Below, piece after piece: positions 17,684 to 26,170 of a stretch of DNA of 64,000 bases (its first letter is position 1; every line of letters starts with the position of its first letter). Source of the stretch: a virus; IMG/VR virus record IMGVR_UViG_3300042520_001372; one strand, 5' to 3'. The translations under genes and the position numbers were made by a program. The notes below the pieces were generated by a model, which was not told the origin of the DNA, searched no databases, and saw only the letters and a program-made list of their open reading frames with translations.

Positions 17684-18491
17684 GCTTACTCAAAACGTTT
17701 TTAACATGTTCAACTACTTGCTCCCAAGTTACCGGTCCGCCTTCGTCAGCGTATTGAACTGGATCTTTTCTTTGTAGTTTAATGAATGCTTCTACTCTCT
17801 CTACTGAGGATGCTGACTTGTAATCAGAGTACCACCTACCGTTGATCTGGATTGGCTTATAAGAGGTGTTAGTCTTTTCATAAACAGAATCAAAGTCAAT
17901 ATGCATTTTATCGCAGCACTTCTCTCCATCTCTCAAGATTCCAAACTTGGTTGACTTTAGATAGGGAGTATAAAGGCTTACTTTATCTGCACCCCAGTTA
18001 CCTGATTTAAATGCTTCAAAGTCTGCATCCCTAAATTCTTCCCGGCAGTCTGGATAAATAGCATGATCGCCAGAATGGATTCCCATTGCAATAACGCATT
18101 TAGTATTCTTCTGTTCTGAAACTGATAATGCAACTGCTTGAATGATTGAACTGAAGATTTTATTCCTATTCGGAACAACGGTTGCTTTCATATTCTCTTC
18201 AGCATAATGCCCTTCAGGAACATCAGCACCGCCTGTAACTAGAGTAGAGTTAAGCAATTGAGCTAAACCGTCAAGCTTAATTACTTGATATCTGATTACT
18301 GGATACCCTAAGGGGGTTACTTGGTGATTTAAATATTGAACTAGAGCTTTTGCTCTTTCGAGTTCAACTTTATGTTTCTGACCGTAGTCAAAGGATAGTG
18401 CTGTAACTTCGTAGCCATCGGCAAGTAGACGTAGTAACAGTGTTGAGGAATCCATCCCCCCGGATAAGCTAAGCACTGCTTGTTTATTCAT
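17673..18491 (-). CDS. queC: 7-cyano-7-deazaguanine synthase
   Basis: SLSGGMDS, FDYGQKH..E, TVVPNRN, YPDCR. Confidence 0.93.
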   Translation of the reverse strand: MNKQAVLSLSGGMDSSTLLLRLLADGYEVTALSFDYGQKHKVELERAKALVQYLNHQVTPLGYPVIRYQVIKLDGLAQLLNSTLVTGGADVPEGHYAEENMKATVVPNRNKIFSSIIQAVALSVSEQKNTKCVIAMGIHSGDHAIYPDCREEFRDADFEAFKSGNWGADKVSLYTPYLKSTKFGILRDGEKCCDKMHIDFDSVYEKTNTSYKPIQINGRWYSDYKSASSVERVEAFIKLQRKDPVQYADEGGPVTWEQVVEHVKNVLSKHEG

Positions 18492-18625
18492 AATTTTGTT
18501 TTGTTAGCTAATTTACGTAATTTTTCTAAATTATTCAAGTTTATTCGAAAACGATTTTCCCAAATAGCATCTAATACTTTCTTAATTTCAGCTTCATAAG
18601 CTGAATTAATGTCTATTTTTTGCAT
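18488..18625 (-). CDS. Hypothetical protein (45 aa; not in ORF track)
   Basis: MQKIDINSAYEAEIKKVLDAIWENRFRINLNNLEKLRKLANKTKL; ATGA overlap with queC start. Confidence 0.6.
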   Translation of the reverse strand: MQKIDINSAYEAEIKKVLDAIWENRFRINLNNLEKLRKLANKTKL

Positions 18626-18628
18626 AGC

Positions 18629-18904
18629 TTAAAGAAGTAAGTCGTCTGGTTCGTTGTAAAGAATCTTTGTGCTTGGCGTAGCTCCTGTGTCAAAATATGC
18701 TTCTAGCCAATATACAGGGTACATTTTAATTTCTCCTTTGTATTGTCTGTTAGAAACATTTTTTGTTTGTACCACAATTCCTTCTACGAGAGCTGCTTTA
18801 GCTACTTCCAATCCTAATTCACGACCAGCAGCTTTGCCTAAAAAGTCGAAGAGTGATTTGAATTCCATACTACTGCTCATCGTCATTGTCCTCCGGGCCT
18901 TCAT
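18629..18904 (-). CDS. Hypothetical protein
   Basis: ORF with SLFDFLGKAAG motif; true start may be a downstream Met. Confidence 0.6.
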   Translation of the reverse strand: MKARRTMTMSSSMEFKSLFDFLGKAAGRELGLEVAKAALVEGIVVQTKNVSNRQYKGEIKMYPVYWLEAYFDTGATPSTKILYNEPDDLLL

Positions 18905-19070
18905 TAAGAGTGTCTAAGTAGATGAGACCTGATATTACAGCAGAAATTCCATGCCCGAATGCAATCCAAGCGGTTCCTACCCACACTCCTAGAATCATTC
19001 CGAGAATGTTAGCGACTAAAGAGAAAAGAGCGAATCCTTTCCATAATTTTTTTTGTGTAACCTTATTCAT
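18870..19070 (-). CDS. Small two-TM membrane protein
   Basis: Two hydrophobic stretches. Confidence 0.6.
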   Translation of the reverse strand: MNKVTQKKLWKGFALFSLVANILGMILGVWVGTAWIAFGHGISAVISGLIYLDTLNEGPEDNDDEQ

Positions 19071-19270
19071 TATTTTGTTTTTAATTTTCTTTTCTTTTTT
19101 TCCTTTAAAGAATCTAAATACTCTTTTGAATATTTGTGATCTACGCGGTAAGGTCCGCTGGTAGATACGCTCTTGTCATAATACCAAGTAGATACTATCC
19201 CTGTTTCATTAACATACTCCCGAACGTATTTGTCCAAAGGAGCCGGAGGTGGTTTAGGAACGTATGCCAT
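19070..19270 (-). CDS. Hypothetical protein
   Basis: 66-aa ORF directly after a promoter motif. Confidence 0.6.
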   Translation of the reverse strand: MAYVPKPPPAPLDKYVREYVNETGIVSTWYYDKSVSTSGPYRVDHKYSKEYLDSLKEKKKRKLKTK

Positions 19271-19285
19271 AACTTTTATTATACT

Positions 19286-19316
19286 TAAAGATACGAACTA
19301 TTAGTTACAAAAGCAA
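19286..19316 (-). promoter_or_regulatory. Promoter TTG-N20-TATCTTTA
   Basis: Minus: TTG cttttgtaactaatagttcg TATCTTTA. Confidence 0.65.
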
Positions 19317-19463
19317 CTAAAAAATTTCGTAGATTGTATTTGCTTCTTTTTCAGTAACCTTACTTATCAACCTCCACCATGGATTGTTTGACAGTGACTT
19401 TGGAATTTTGGTTGACCCGTAATTCTTTTTCTTGGTGTTTTTTCTTTGACGATGTATTTTCAT
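19317..19463 (-). CDS. Possible small basic protein (48 aa) overlapping SGNH gene 3' end
   Basis: MKIHRQRKNTKKKNYGSTKIPKSLSNNPWWRLISK...; ends exactly at the promoter. Confidence 0.4.
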   Translation of the reverse strand: MKIHRQRKNTKKKNYGSTKIPKSLSNNPWWRLISKVTEKEANTIYEIF

Positions 19464-20157
19464 AGATCTTTAAATTTAATTTATCTATAATACATAGTGC
19501 CATCTTTTTATGCCCTGTAGCGGTCATATGACATAAAAAGTCTCCACAATCAGTTCTTGAAATGCAGTGTGTCTCAATGACTACTGCTCCTTTAATAGAA
19601 TCAATAAGATACTGTTGGAACTTAGCATAACGTTGAGGATAACCTTTATATACATCCCTTCCCTTAATGTTAATACAAGTCACCGGATCAAATCCGGTAA
19701 TAACAATTGGAGTTACTCCGTGTCGGTTGCACATATTAACAATTGCCTGAATATTCTTAACTGATTTCATAGGCGGTCTGTTACCGGCCATATCATTAGC
19801 ACCTCCGTAGATGAAGCAGTAATCAAAGTACTCAGTCACTTTTGCTCTTGCCTGTTCAACCATCCATGCTGTTTGCTTCCCGCCAACGGCAGTATTCAAA
19901 TAAGTCATCTTAGTCTTCTTACAGAGCTGATGCTGCCATCCGTAGTCAGCTGCCGAGTGTGAATCACCAATAAACAAAGCCTTCTTTCCTTTAACTGAAA
20001 GGACTGTGTCTTGTTTGATTGTATCCTGCTTGATAGTATCTACTTGAGGTAATTCACCCCAGGCTAAAGGATCTCTAACGGCAGGTTTTGATTCTACTAC
20101 CACCCATCCCACTACCAGGCTCAAGGCTACTAATACAAGTGCGTCTTTAACTGTCAT
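19360..20157 (-). CDS. Membrane-anchored SGNH/GDSL hydrolase
   Basis: N-terminal TM; FIGDSHS (block I), VGG (II), YGGAND (III), DFLCH (V). Confidence 0.85.
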   Translation of the reverse strand: MTVKDALVLVALSLVVGWVVVESKPAVRDPLAWGELPQVDTIKQDTIKQDTVLSVKGKKALFIGDSHSAADYGWQHQLCKKTKMTYLNTAVGGKQTAWMVEQARAKVTEYFDYCFIYGGANDMAGNRPPMKSVKNIQAIVNMCNRHGVTPIVITGFDPVTCINIKGRDVYKGYPQRYAKFQQYLIDSIKGAVVIETHCISRTDCGDFLCHMTATGHKKMALCIIDKLNLKIYENTSSKKKHQEKELRVNQNSKVTVKQSMVEVDK

Positions 20158-20579
20158 TTTTTAATCTTGATTAAGTATCCTTCCGGAACTGATTTAAATT
20201 CTTCAGCAATCATTCCTTTAAATGATTCGTCAAACATTCCCATATCATATCCTGAATGTAGATAAGGTCCGCCTGAAGGATCGATCATATCGATTTTAGT
20301 AGTATCTGAATAGACTAAACCTCGGTATTTTTTAGATAGTGGAGTTGATTCAAATGTTTTCTTATCGTATTCGTGAACGGCTTCTTTAAACTTACCTAGA
20401 GTCATTTGTTTATCAGTATCAACATCAGCACAATAGGCTTCATAAGCTCTATTATAAACGTTAGGCCACCCGCATCGCATCCATTTAAACTCTCCTTCAA
20501 ACAGAATATCTCCTTCGTCAGTTTTACTAAACGTATAGATGTCCCGGTACCGGTTTTCAAATTCTATTTTACTTTTCAT
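20154..20579 (-). CDS. Hypothetical protein
   Basis: 141-aa ORF, coupled. Confidence 0.65.
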   Translation of the reverse strand: MKSKIEFENRYRDIYTFSKTDEGDILFEGEFKWMRCGWPNVYNRAYEAYCADVDTDKQMTLGKFKEAVHEYDKKTFESTPLSKKYRGLVYSDTTKIDMIDPSGGPYLHSGYDMGMFDESFKGMIAEEFKSVPEGYLIKIKK

Positions 20580-20874
20580 CTTTATTGTATTCCTCCCAGT
20601 TACTGAATTTAAGACCCCACATTAAGCTGCACATAGCCATTTCGCGTTCGGCTACTTTAGCATATAGCTTAAGTTCCTTCATAAGGTATTTCTTACCCCA
20701 TGCTTTCCATTCTTCACTCTGCTCAACAGTCATAGTCCATTGAGCATACCAATCGTCTTTTCGGTCCTTGATATCCTCGTAAGTGACTTCGTGACCGGCT
20801 ACTTCAAACATCTTGTTGATTAGCTCAACAACTGCTTTATTCCATTTCTCTTCTCTACTTAATCGTTTTACCAT
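20569..20874 (-). CDS. Hypothetical protein
   Basis: 101-aa ORF after promoter motif. Confidence 0.65.
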   Translation of the reverse strand: MVKRLSREEKWNKAVVELINKMFEVAGHEVTYEDIKDRKDDWYAQWTMTVEQSEEWKAWGKKYLMKELKLYAKVAEREMAMCSLMWGLKFSNWEEYNKDEK

Positions 20875-20878
20875 ATCC

Positions 20879-20909
20879 TTAATATACGAATAATCTTTCA
20901 GAATTCCAA
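20879..20909 (-). promoter_or_regulatory. Promoter TTG-N20-TATATTAA
   Basis: Minus: TTG gaattctgaaagattattcg TATATTAA. Confidence 0.65.
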
Positions 20910-20910
20910 C

Positions 20911-21333
20911 TCAATCCCACCATTCTTCAATCCTATCGTTCATTATTTTGAACAATAAACGTTTGGCTTTATTATGCTGTGCTTGTATTCTATAATACAT
21001 TTCACCAGTCATAGGTTTAGTATCATAATATTCAGCATAATAATCCTCGTTTTGTATTTTATTGATTAGTCTAACACAGGTCATCATTAATTCAGCATCA
21101 CGTTGGGCGCCATTATGAAAACCAACATGGGCTAAGTGTTTAGCCTGTTTCTCTAATTTAAATTTTAATACCTGAAAAATATAATGATGATCCCAGTCTC
21201 TATCTTTCCAAATGACCCAAAACCATTTATACAAGTTTTTAACTCCATACTTAGTATATTTGTACTGGTAGGGTAGTTCCCATCTTACCCACCTGTAGAG
21301 TTTCCAGTACCATTGATCGTATTCTTCGTTCAT
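20911..21333 (-). CDS. Trp-rich hypothetical protein
   Basis: WKDRDWD...WWD motifs typical of phage early hypotheticals. Confidence 0.7.
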   Translation of the reverse strand: MNEEYDQWYWKLYRWVRWELPYQYKYTKYGVKNLYKWFWVIWKDRDWDHHYIFQVLKFKLEKQAKHLAHVGFHNGAQRDAELMMTCVRLINKIQNEDYYAEYYDTKPMTGEMYYRIQAQHNKAKRLLFKIMNDRIEEWWD

Positions 21334-21683
21334 AACTTAAATAATTCGTATACGCTGTTCCTTGTATTAAACTTAAGATACGAACCATCCTCTGAAGATT
21401 CAACTATTTCTGTAATATCTGTTGTCATCCAAGTAAAGAAATCATTAAACGGAGACATAAGTAATGATCGTCCTATTGCCGGTTCAGTACAGTCTTGCTT
21501 AACTCTACCTTCCTCGTTCCATTCCAACCATTTTATATCCCTGGATTGATTAACTAAGCCATCACGTTCACGAACTAATTTCCAGTTAAATTCGTTTTCA
21601 ATTACTCTTTGCTCAACAGCAATTTTAAATACATTATCCTCAGTTAGGATCATCGGTATTTTTGTTTGTTTAATCTTACTCAT
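21330..21683 (-). CDS. Hypothetical protein
   Basis: 117 aa ending F.TRNSVYEL. Confidence 0.7.
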   Translation of the reverse strand: MSKIKQTKIPMILTEDNVFKIAVEQRVIENEFNWKLVRERDGLVNQSRDIKWLEWNEEGRVKQDCTEPAIGRSLLMSPFNDFFTWMTTDITEIVESSEDGSYLKFNTRNSVYELFKL

Positions 21684-21918
21684 CTGATTTGTGTTTAAGT
21701 ATAAATTTAATACATCCTTTGTAAATTAGCAACTTACATATCCACTTAGGTAGCCAACCTGCCATGTAAGGTTCTGTTTTAGTTAGAACATAGAAGTGAT
21801 TTCCAAACTCAATAGTAGCCAATTCACCTCTTGCTCTAAAGTAGAAGGGTTGCTTTAAGAACCAACCTTCTGCCTGTACCGGGCAATTACCTGACGGTTT
21901 ATATTTCCATTTAATCAT
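21676..21918 (-). CDS. Hypothetical protein
   Basis: GNCPVQAEG...FYFRARG motif. Confidence 0.65.
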   Translation of the reverse strand: MIKWKYKPSGNCPVQAEGWFLKQPFYFRARGELATIEFGNHFYVLTKTEPYMAGWLPKWICKLLIYKGCIKFILKHKSDE

Positions 21919-22097
21919 TCTAGAGTAAATTTACTATTTAGACCTTCCTTTATTCTTGCTAATTCTAACTTATCACTCATCTCTTCATAGATCTCATCAA
22001 AACCTTCCCCACTCTCTTTTGAGAGTTTGTATTGCTCCTCAGTAAGTTCTACTTCGTAGATGCGTTCAGTTCTTTCTATTTTAATTAATTTAGGCAT
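21915..22097 (-). CDS. Hypothetical protein
   Basis: 60-aa acidic ORF, coupled. Confidence 0.55.
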   Translation of the reverse strand: MPKLIKIERTERIYEVELTEEQYKLSKESGEGFDEIYEEMSDKLELARIKEGLNSKFTLE

Positions 22098-22123
22098 AAT
22101 TTTAGTTTTGTATTTCTATTTAA

Positions 22124-22204
22124 TTATTGCTTATTTATTTTTCTTAGTTCAAAAACTATTTGCCATAAAGGTAAAGCTATTAGTAGTGCTGCTAACATTA
22201 TCAT
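22124..22204 (-). CDS. Tiny membrane peptide (26 aa; not in ORF track)
   Basis: MIMLAALLIALPLWQIVFELRKINKQ, started by ATGA at the junction repeat. Confidence 0.5.
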   Translation of the reverse strand: MIMLAALLIALPLWQIVFELRKINKQ

Positions 22205-22242
22205 TGCTCACCTCCTCCGTAGGTTTCGTTGTAGTATTGTTC
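22201..22242 (-). repeat. Gene-junction repeat (…ACCTACGGAGGAGGTGAGCAATGA), copy 1
   Basis: Near-identical copies at 22732-22773, 39082-39111, 40085-40128. Confidence 0.85.
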
Positions 22243-22419
22243 TGCCCATGTATCGCCAGGTCCAGGTCCTGCGTACAATAAAGTATTAGCGGCATCAATG
22301 ATTTGTTGTTTCTCCATTTCTTTGGCTTGTTCTTTCCATTCAGAAGGTATTGAATAACCTGCAAAAAGGAATCTGTCATACAACCACTCCACTGCCGTTT
22401 GTTGTTTATTGTTTGTCAT
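22201..22419 (-). CDS. 'MTNNKQQTAVEWL...YYxxTYGGGEQ' cassette-family protein
   Basis: Paralogous ends shared with 22732-22953 and 40085-40411. Confidence 0.75.
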   Translation of the reverse strand: MTNNKQQTAVEWLYDRFLFAGYSIPSEWKEQAKEMEKQQIIDAANTLLYAGPGPGDTWAEQYYNETYGGGEQ

Positions 22420-22735
22420 TGCTCGCTAATTTTGATTGCAAAAATTCAATTAGTTGTTTCAATTCGTCTTGGTTTAAGAATAATGTTTCTATACCTAAAA
22501 ATGCACATTCAATTCCAACATCCCCGTCTGGATAACCTTTTATACTCCATTGGGAAAGTTCTTGTTGAATGTCAATCCTATCCCATTGTGGGTTTTCTTG
22601 GTACTTGATGTATTTAAATCTTTGTTTATTGTTTTCCATTCTTTTATCGTTTAAAAATTTGTTTAGTGTTTCAGTTGTTTCATTGCTTAATGCTTCATCA
22701 AGTTTGTTTTCAAGTTTGTTTAAGTCAAGGCTCAT
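22406..22735 (-). CDS. Hypothetical protein, apparent fusion containing internal MENNKQ cassette start
   Basis: ...NDKR-MENNKQ... internal copy of the family leader. Confidence 0.6.
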   Translation of the reverse strand: MSLDLNKLENKLDEALSNETTETLNKFLNDKRMENNKQRFKYIKYQENPQWDRIDIQQELSQWSIKGYPDGDVGIECAFLGIETLFLNQDELKQLIEFLQSKLASNDKQ

Positions 22736-22953
22736 TGCTCACCTCCTCCGTAGGTTTGTTGGTAGTATTGTTCGCCCGAAACACATTGTAAATTGTTCAC
22801 TCCTTTCATTTTGATTCCGTGAGCCCATATAATTTCACTCTTATGCATTGCCATATGCTCCTCTAATATAGCATACCAAATGAATTTATCCTTTGGTGTA
22901 TCCCATAACTTGTGGAATAACTGTTCTATTGATGTTTGTTTATTGTTGCTCAT
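22732..22953 (-). CDS. Cassette-family protein (MSNNKQ...GEQYYQQTYGGGEQ)
   Basis: Shared N- and C-terminal motifs. Confidence 0.75.
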   Translation of the reverse strand: MSNNKQTSIEQLFHKLWDTPKDKFIWYAILEEHMAMHKSEIIWAHGIKMKGVNNLQCVSGEQYYQQTYGGGEQ

Positions 22954-23158
22954 TTATTATGCCTTTTTTCAATACAGCTTTAATTTTCCACATATACTCT
23001 CTATAAAGCATATAACTGTGTCTTGCTTGTTGACCGCCCTTTACATTGTGTAAATCTGAAATCATGTCGTCCATTAATCTAGATAAGAAATCTAAATCCT
23101 CAAACACATTTTTTAATGTATTTTCATCCATGTTTACTGTTTTCATATTATTGCTCAT
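22940..23158 (-). CDS. Hypothetical protein
   Basis: MSNN start, coupled. Confidence 0.6.
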   Translation of the reverse strand: MSNNMKTVNMDENTLKNVFEDLDFLSRLMDDMISDLHNVKGGQQARHSYMLYREYMWKIKAVLKKGIINEQQ

Positions 23159-23345
23159 TATTTTTATAAATTACAATACCCCATTTTAACCAACCTATTA
23201 CAATAACACCATTCCCAAATCTTTCCCTAAAAGATTGTTTGTAGTAATAAATTGTAGGAAGTATTTCTACTATATTTTCAAAATACTCAAACCTAATTTT
23301 AATTTTACTGTTACTCATTGCTGTTAAATACTTTAGGAAGTTCAT
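23148..23345 (-). CDS. Hypothetical protein (likely start at internal MSNSK)
   Basis: ILPTI...IGWLKWG motif. Confidence 0.55.
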   Translation of the reverse strand: MNFLKYLTAMSNSKIKIRFEYFENIVEILPTIYYYKQSFRERFGNGVIVIGWLKWGIVIYKNNEQ

Positions 23346-23628
23346 CTAATGTCATTCTACTATTATCGGCTTGCATTTTATACAATTCATCTTGTACTTT
23401 ATCATAGATATTTATTCTACTCATAATCCTAGGATCATTTGATTCTACTGATATAAATTCTAATGTTAGAATAAGTCGTTTAACACCTATTAAAGCACAT
23501 TGTATTGCTTCTTTATAACGTCTATCACAGCTCATAAGCCCATGATTTAATGAACCATTATTAGGCAGTGCGTAATAATATTCATGAATAATTTCTAGTG
23601 CTACTCTTCTATATTGATCTATTTCCAT
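23311..23628 (-). CDS. Hypothetical protein
   Basis: 105-aa ORF, A.QCALI.V motif. Confidence 0.6.
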   Translation of the reverse strand: MEIDQYRRVALEIIHEYYYALPNNGSLNHGLMSCDRRYKEAIQCALIGVKRLILTLEFISVESNDPRIMSRINIYDKVQDELYKMQADNSRMTLDELPKVFNSNE

Positions 23629-23629
23629 A

Positions 23630-23908
23630 TTACCATTGACTTAAAGTGTAGATTAATTTAGCAACATCACTTGCTGTTTGACGAGGCATAACATCACTTC
23701 CATCTACAATCTCAAACCATCTCTCTCCATCAGTCATCAACCAATTCCCTTGATTATCCCAAGCAGCTACTTCTGCTGTTGTTTCACCAGCATCACTGTA
23801 GGTGTGCTTGCCGAACTGAACGCTAATAGTACATCCGTTTTCGAAGGTCATTTGGAAGCCCTTATTGTAGCCTCTCTCAACCATTGTCTTAAATGCTTTA
23901 TCTTTCAT
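23630..23908 (-). CDS. Hypothetical protein
   Basis: GFQMTFENGCTISVQFG...AEVA motif of a common small phage family. Confidence 0.7.
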   Translation of the reverse strand: MKDKAFKTMVERGYNKGFQMTFENGCTISVQFGKHTYSDAGETTAEVAAWDNQGNWLMTDGERWFEIVDGSDVMPRQTASDVAKLIYTLSQW

Positions 23909-23922
23909 AACTTTTATTTATA

Positions 23923-23958
23923 CTAATATACGAAAAAAGGCTCACATAAGCAAGCCTT
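23923..23958 (-). terminator. Intrinsic terminator overlapping promoter TTG-N20-TATATTAG
   Basis: Minus: AAAGGCTTGcttatgtGAGCCTTTTTT-cgTATATTAG. Confidence 0.7.
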
Positions 23959-23966
23959 TCCTCAAA

Positions 23967-24659
23967 TTAATCCATGTCTTTTTCTGTAGAAGACCTAGTT
24001 TGTTTCTTTTCTAATTCTTCTAATTGCCTTTCTAAACGATCAATACTACCCCAGATAATACTTGCTTTAGGATCTAGTCTCATAATATCAGCTACTAACT
24101 CTTCCTGCCTGCCTCTGCTATAAAACCCACTTTCAATATCATCAGCTAGATCTTGCAAATGTTTAGGTGCATGAATAGAGATACGTAGGTCATAGTCTTG
24201 CCATTTAGTCTTCCAATCTACAAAAGCAATACCTTTAGTTAGCTTGCGTAGTAAGTTATGCAAAGTCCAGTTACGAACTCTTACAATAGATTTATCACTA
24301 CCAAACACATGTAAGAAGCGTAAAAACCATCTTGGGCAGAATTTAGGCTTAGCTTCATAGTCCATAGCGAGTACTAGAGGATAAAGAGCATTAAAGTAAT
24401 CACCTCCTTCATCCCATATTTGTGTTCCTAAATACCCATACTTCTCAAATCCTTTAGGAAAGAATATGAAACGGAAATCATCTAACTCTATGTTACGAGT
24501 ATAAATCCTTCCTTTACTGCGTCCTCTCCAAAATAATATACTATACTTGATATTATCTAAACGCTCTTTAAGCGTTGGTGGTTTGTAAAATTTACTATTT
24601 TTATCTATTTTGCTCATAATTATCTTCCGTAAAAAGTTCCGTAGAACCAGTTTGACCAA
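23967..24659 (-). CDS. Hypothetical protein (start probably MSKID)
   Basis: 230-aa ORF. Confidence 0.7.
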   Translation of the reverse strand: MVKLVLRNFLRKIIMSKIDKNSKFYKPPTLKERLDNIKYSILFWRGRSKGRIYTRNIELDDFRFIFFPKGFEKYGYLGTQIWDEGGDYFNALYPLVLAMDYEAKPKFCPRWFLRFLHVFGSDKSIVRVRNWTLHNLLRKLTKGIAFVDWKTKWQDYDLRISIHAPKHLQDLADDIESGFYSRGRQEELVADIMRLDPKASIIWGSIDRLERQLEELEKKQTRSSTEKDMD

Positions 24660-24976
24660 CTGCGTTTCATTTTAGTTACTTTGATATCTACCCGTCGTTT
24701 TGCACAAGTAATCATATAAGTCTTTGGCTTTCCTTCTAAGCTTCTAGTATACTGCTTTAAAGCTTTGCCAAAATCTATCTTATAGATACTAAACAGGAAC
24801 CAGAATAGTTTCTGCTGATGATAGTCGTCAAAGATCCATCGACCGCTCTTGTAAGTAGCTAATTTGCTGTTAGTAGTTGAACCTTCATGCCCGCTGAATA
24901 GTTCAAAATGATCTCGTTGAGGTTTAAAAACCAGGTACTCGGTTTCGCTTAAATTGTAAATGAATGTATTTTCCAT
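24620..24976 (-). CDS. Hypothetical protein
   Basis: 118-aa ORF with AAGTT-ATG start. Confidence 0.65.
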   Translation of the reverse strand: MENTFIYNLSETEYLVFKPQRDHFELFSGHEGSTTNSKLATYKSGRWIFDDYHQQKLFWFLFSIYKIDFGKALKQYTRSLEGKPKTYMITCAKRRVDIKVTKMKRSWSNWFYGTFYGR

Positions 24977-24981
24977 AACTT

Positions 24982-25077
24982 TTATTTCTTATATCGATTT
25001 TCAAAAGAGTATTTTTGAACTGCTGCCACAATAAGGGCGATTAATCCGTAGAGGAATAGTACTGCTAAATATTTCAT
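24982..25077 (-). CDS. Small single-TM peptide (31 aa; not in ORF track)
   Basis: MKYLAVLFLYGLIALIVAAVQKYSFENRYKK; AAGTT-ATG; first ORF after promoter. Confidence 0.6.
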   Translation of the reverse strand: MKYLAVLFLYGLIALIVAAVQKYSFENRYKK

Positions 25078-25100
25078 AACTTATTTTTTTTATCTTATAC

Positions 25101-25131
25101 TTAAGATACGAACAATAATTCAATAAAGCAA
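25101..25131 (-). promoter_or_regulatory. Promoter TTG-N20-TATCTTAA
   Basis: Minus: TTG ctttattgaattattgttcg TATCTTAA. Confidence 0.65.
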
Positions 25132-25134
25132 CTA

Positions 25135-26166
25135 TTAGTAAACTTTTCCTAAATCATCAGTCTTAGCTCGATTAGAAGCTTCCTGTATCTTTGATCTCTT
25201 ACCCCAGGCTGAAAGATGCTTATCGTTTTCGATAGTTTCAATTTGGGTCTGTAGAGGGGGTTTCTGTTCTCCGGTGTAAACTTCGTAAGGTTCTTTTTCT
25301 TCATCTTCGATTTTCCAATCATCCTCCTCTTCTTTAACTAAGGGTGCGTCTAACCATTCCTTATCTTCTTCAGTTAATTTAGGAGTAGGCTGTTCTTCCT
25401 TCTTTGTAAAAGCAAAGTTAGCAGCAATCACCAAAGCAATCGCCAATGGATCAAATACAAAAATAATAACCAGTAAGAACCAGTTGATGATTTTATCCAT
25501 GGGCTGTCCTGTAAGCCCGGAAAGGTATTTCAAAGGACCTAACTCAGAAGAAACTGTTGAGTTTGTTTTAACTTCTAAAATTTTATTCTCTAATGAGAAG
25601 ATAGAATCATTAACTCTATCGAGTTTACTGGAAAGTTTCTCGTCTGAATTAGATGCTGATTCGATTTGTTTGATGCTTGCATTATTGGACCTAACTACTA
25701 AGTTACCTTTTTTGTCTGTGAATTGAGTTGTTGATCCTTTAGATAAACTCTCTTTTAATCCGGCTAAAGATTGTTTCTCTTTGTAGATTCCTTCTTGGGT
25801 CTGCTGATAAAGTTTCTTCTTAGTTTCAAGAGCAAGGATCTGCTGGTCGACAATGGTTGCTTTATTTGCTGTCTCTTGATAGGCTGATGATAAGAATCCG
25901 TAAATACCTGCCGAGGTGATCAGGATTAACACAAAGGCTGCAATTGTTAGATAGGTTCTTAGTACCTTATTTAATTCAGACCAGTATTGATATAGGAGTG
26001 AAGCAGTAACTAGTTTAGCTACTTCTAGTGATCCAGCCATGATTCCTACTGCCAAAGATGCTCCGGCAAATAATTTCATTATACCGGACACAGAATAGAA
26101 TGCAGCTGAAGCTGAAACTGCTAGAGCTGAGAATGCAATAATATATGGAAACAGTTTTTTACCCAT
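25135..26166 (-). CDS. Membrane protein: 3 TM + coiled coil + TM + acidic tail
   Basis: Hydrophobic segments, GIYGFLS, VFDPLA motifs. Confidence 0.75.
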   Translation of the reverse strand: MGKKLFPYIIAFSALAVSASAAFYSVSGIMKLFAGASLAVGIMAGSLEVAKLVTASLLYQYWSELNKVLRTYLTIAAFVLILITSAGIYGFLSSAYQETANKATIVDQQILALETKKKLYQQTQEGIYKEKQSLAGLKESLSKGSTTQFTDKKGNLVVRSNNASIKQIESASNSDEKLSSKLDRVNDSIFSLENKILEVKTNSTVSSELGPLKYLSGLTGQPMDKIINWFLLVIIFVFDPLAIALVIAANFAFTKKEEQPTPKLTEEDKEWLDAPLVKEEEDDWKIEDEEKEPYEVYTGEQKPPLQTQIETIENDKHLSAWGKRSKIQEASNRAKTDDLGKVY

Positions 26167-26170
26167 ACTC

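Noticed and set aside
22149-22379. 76-aa minus-strand ORF
   Set aside because: Out-of-frame overlap with the better-supported cassette gene 22201-22419.
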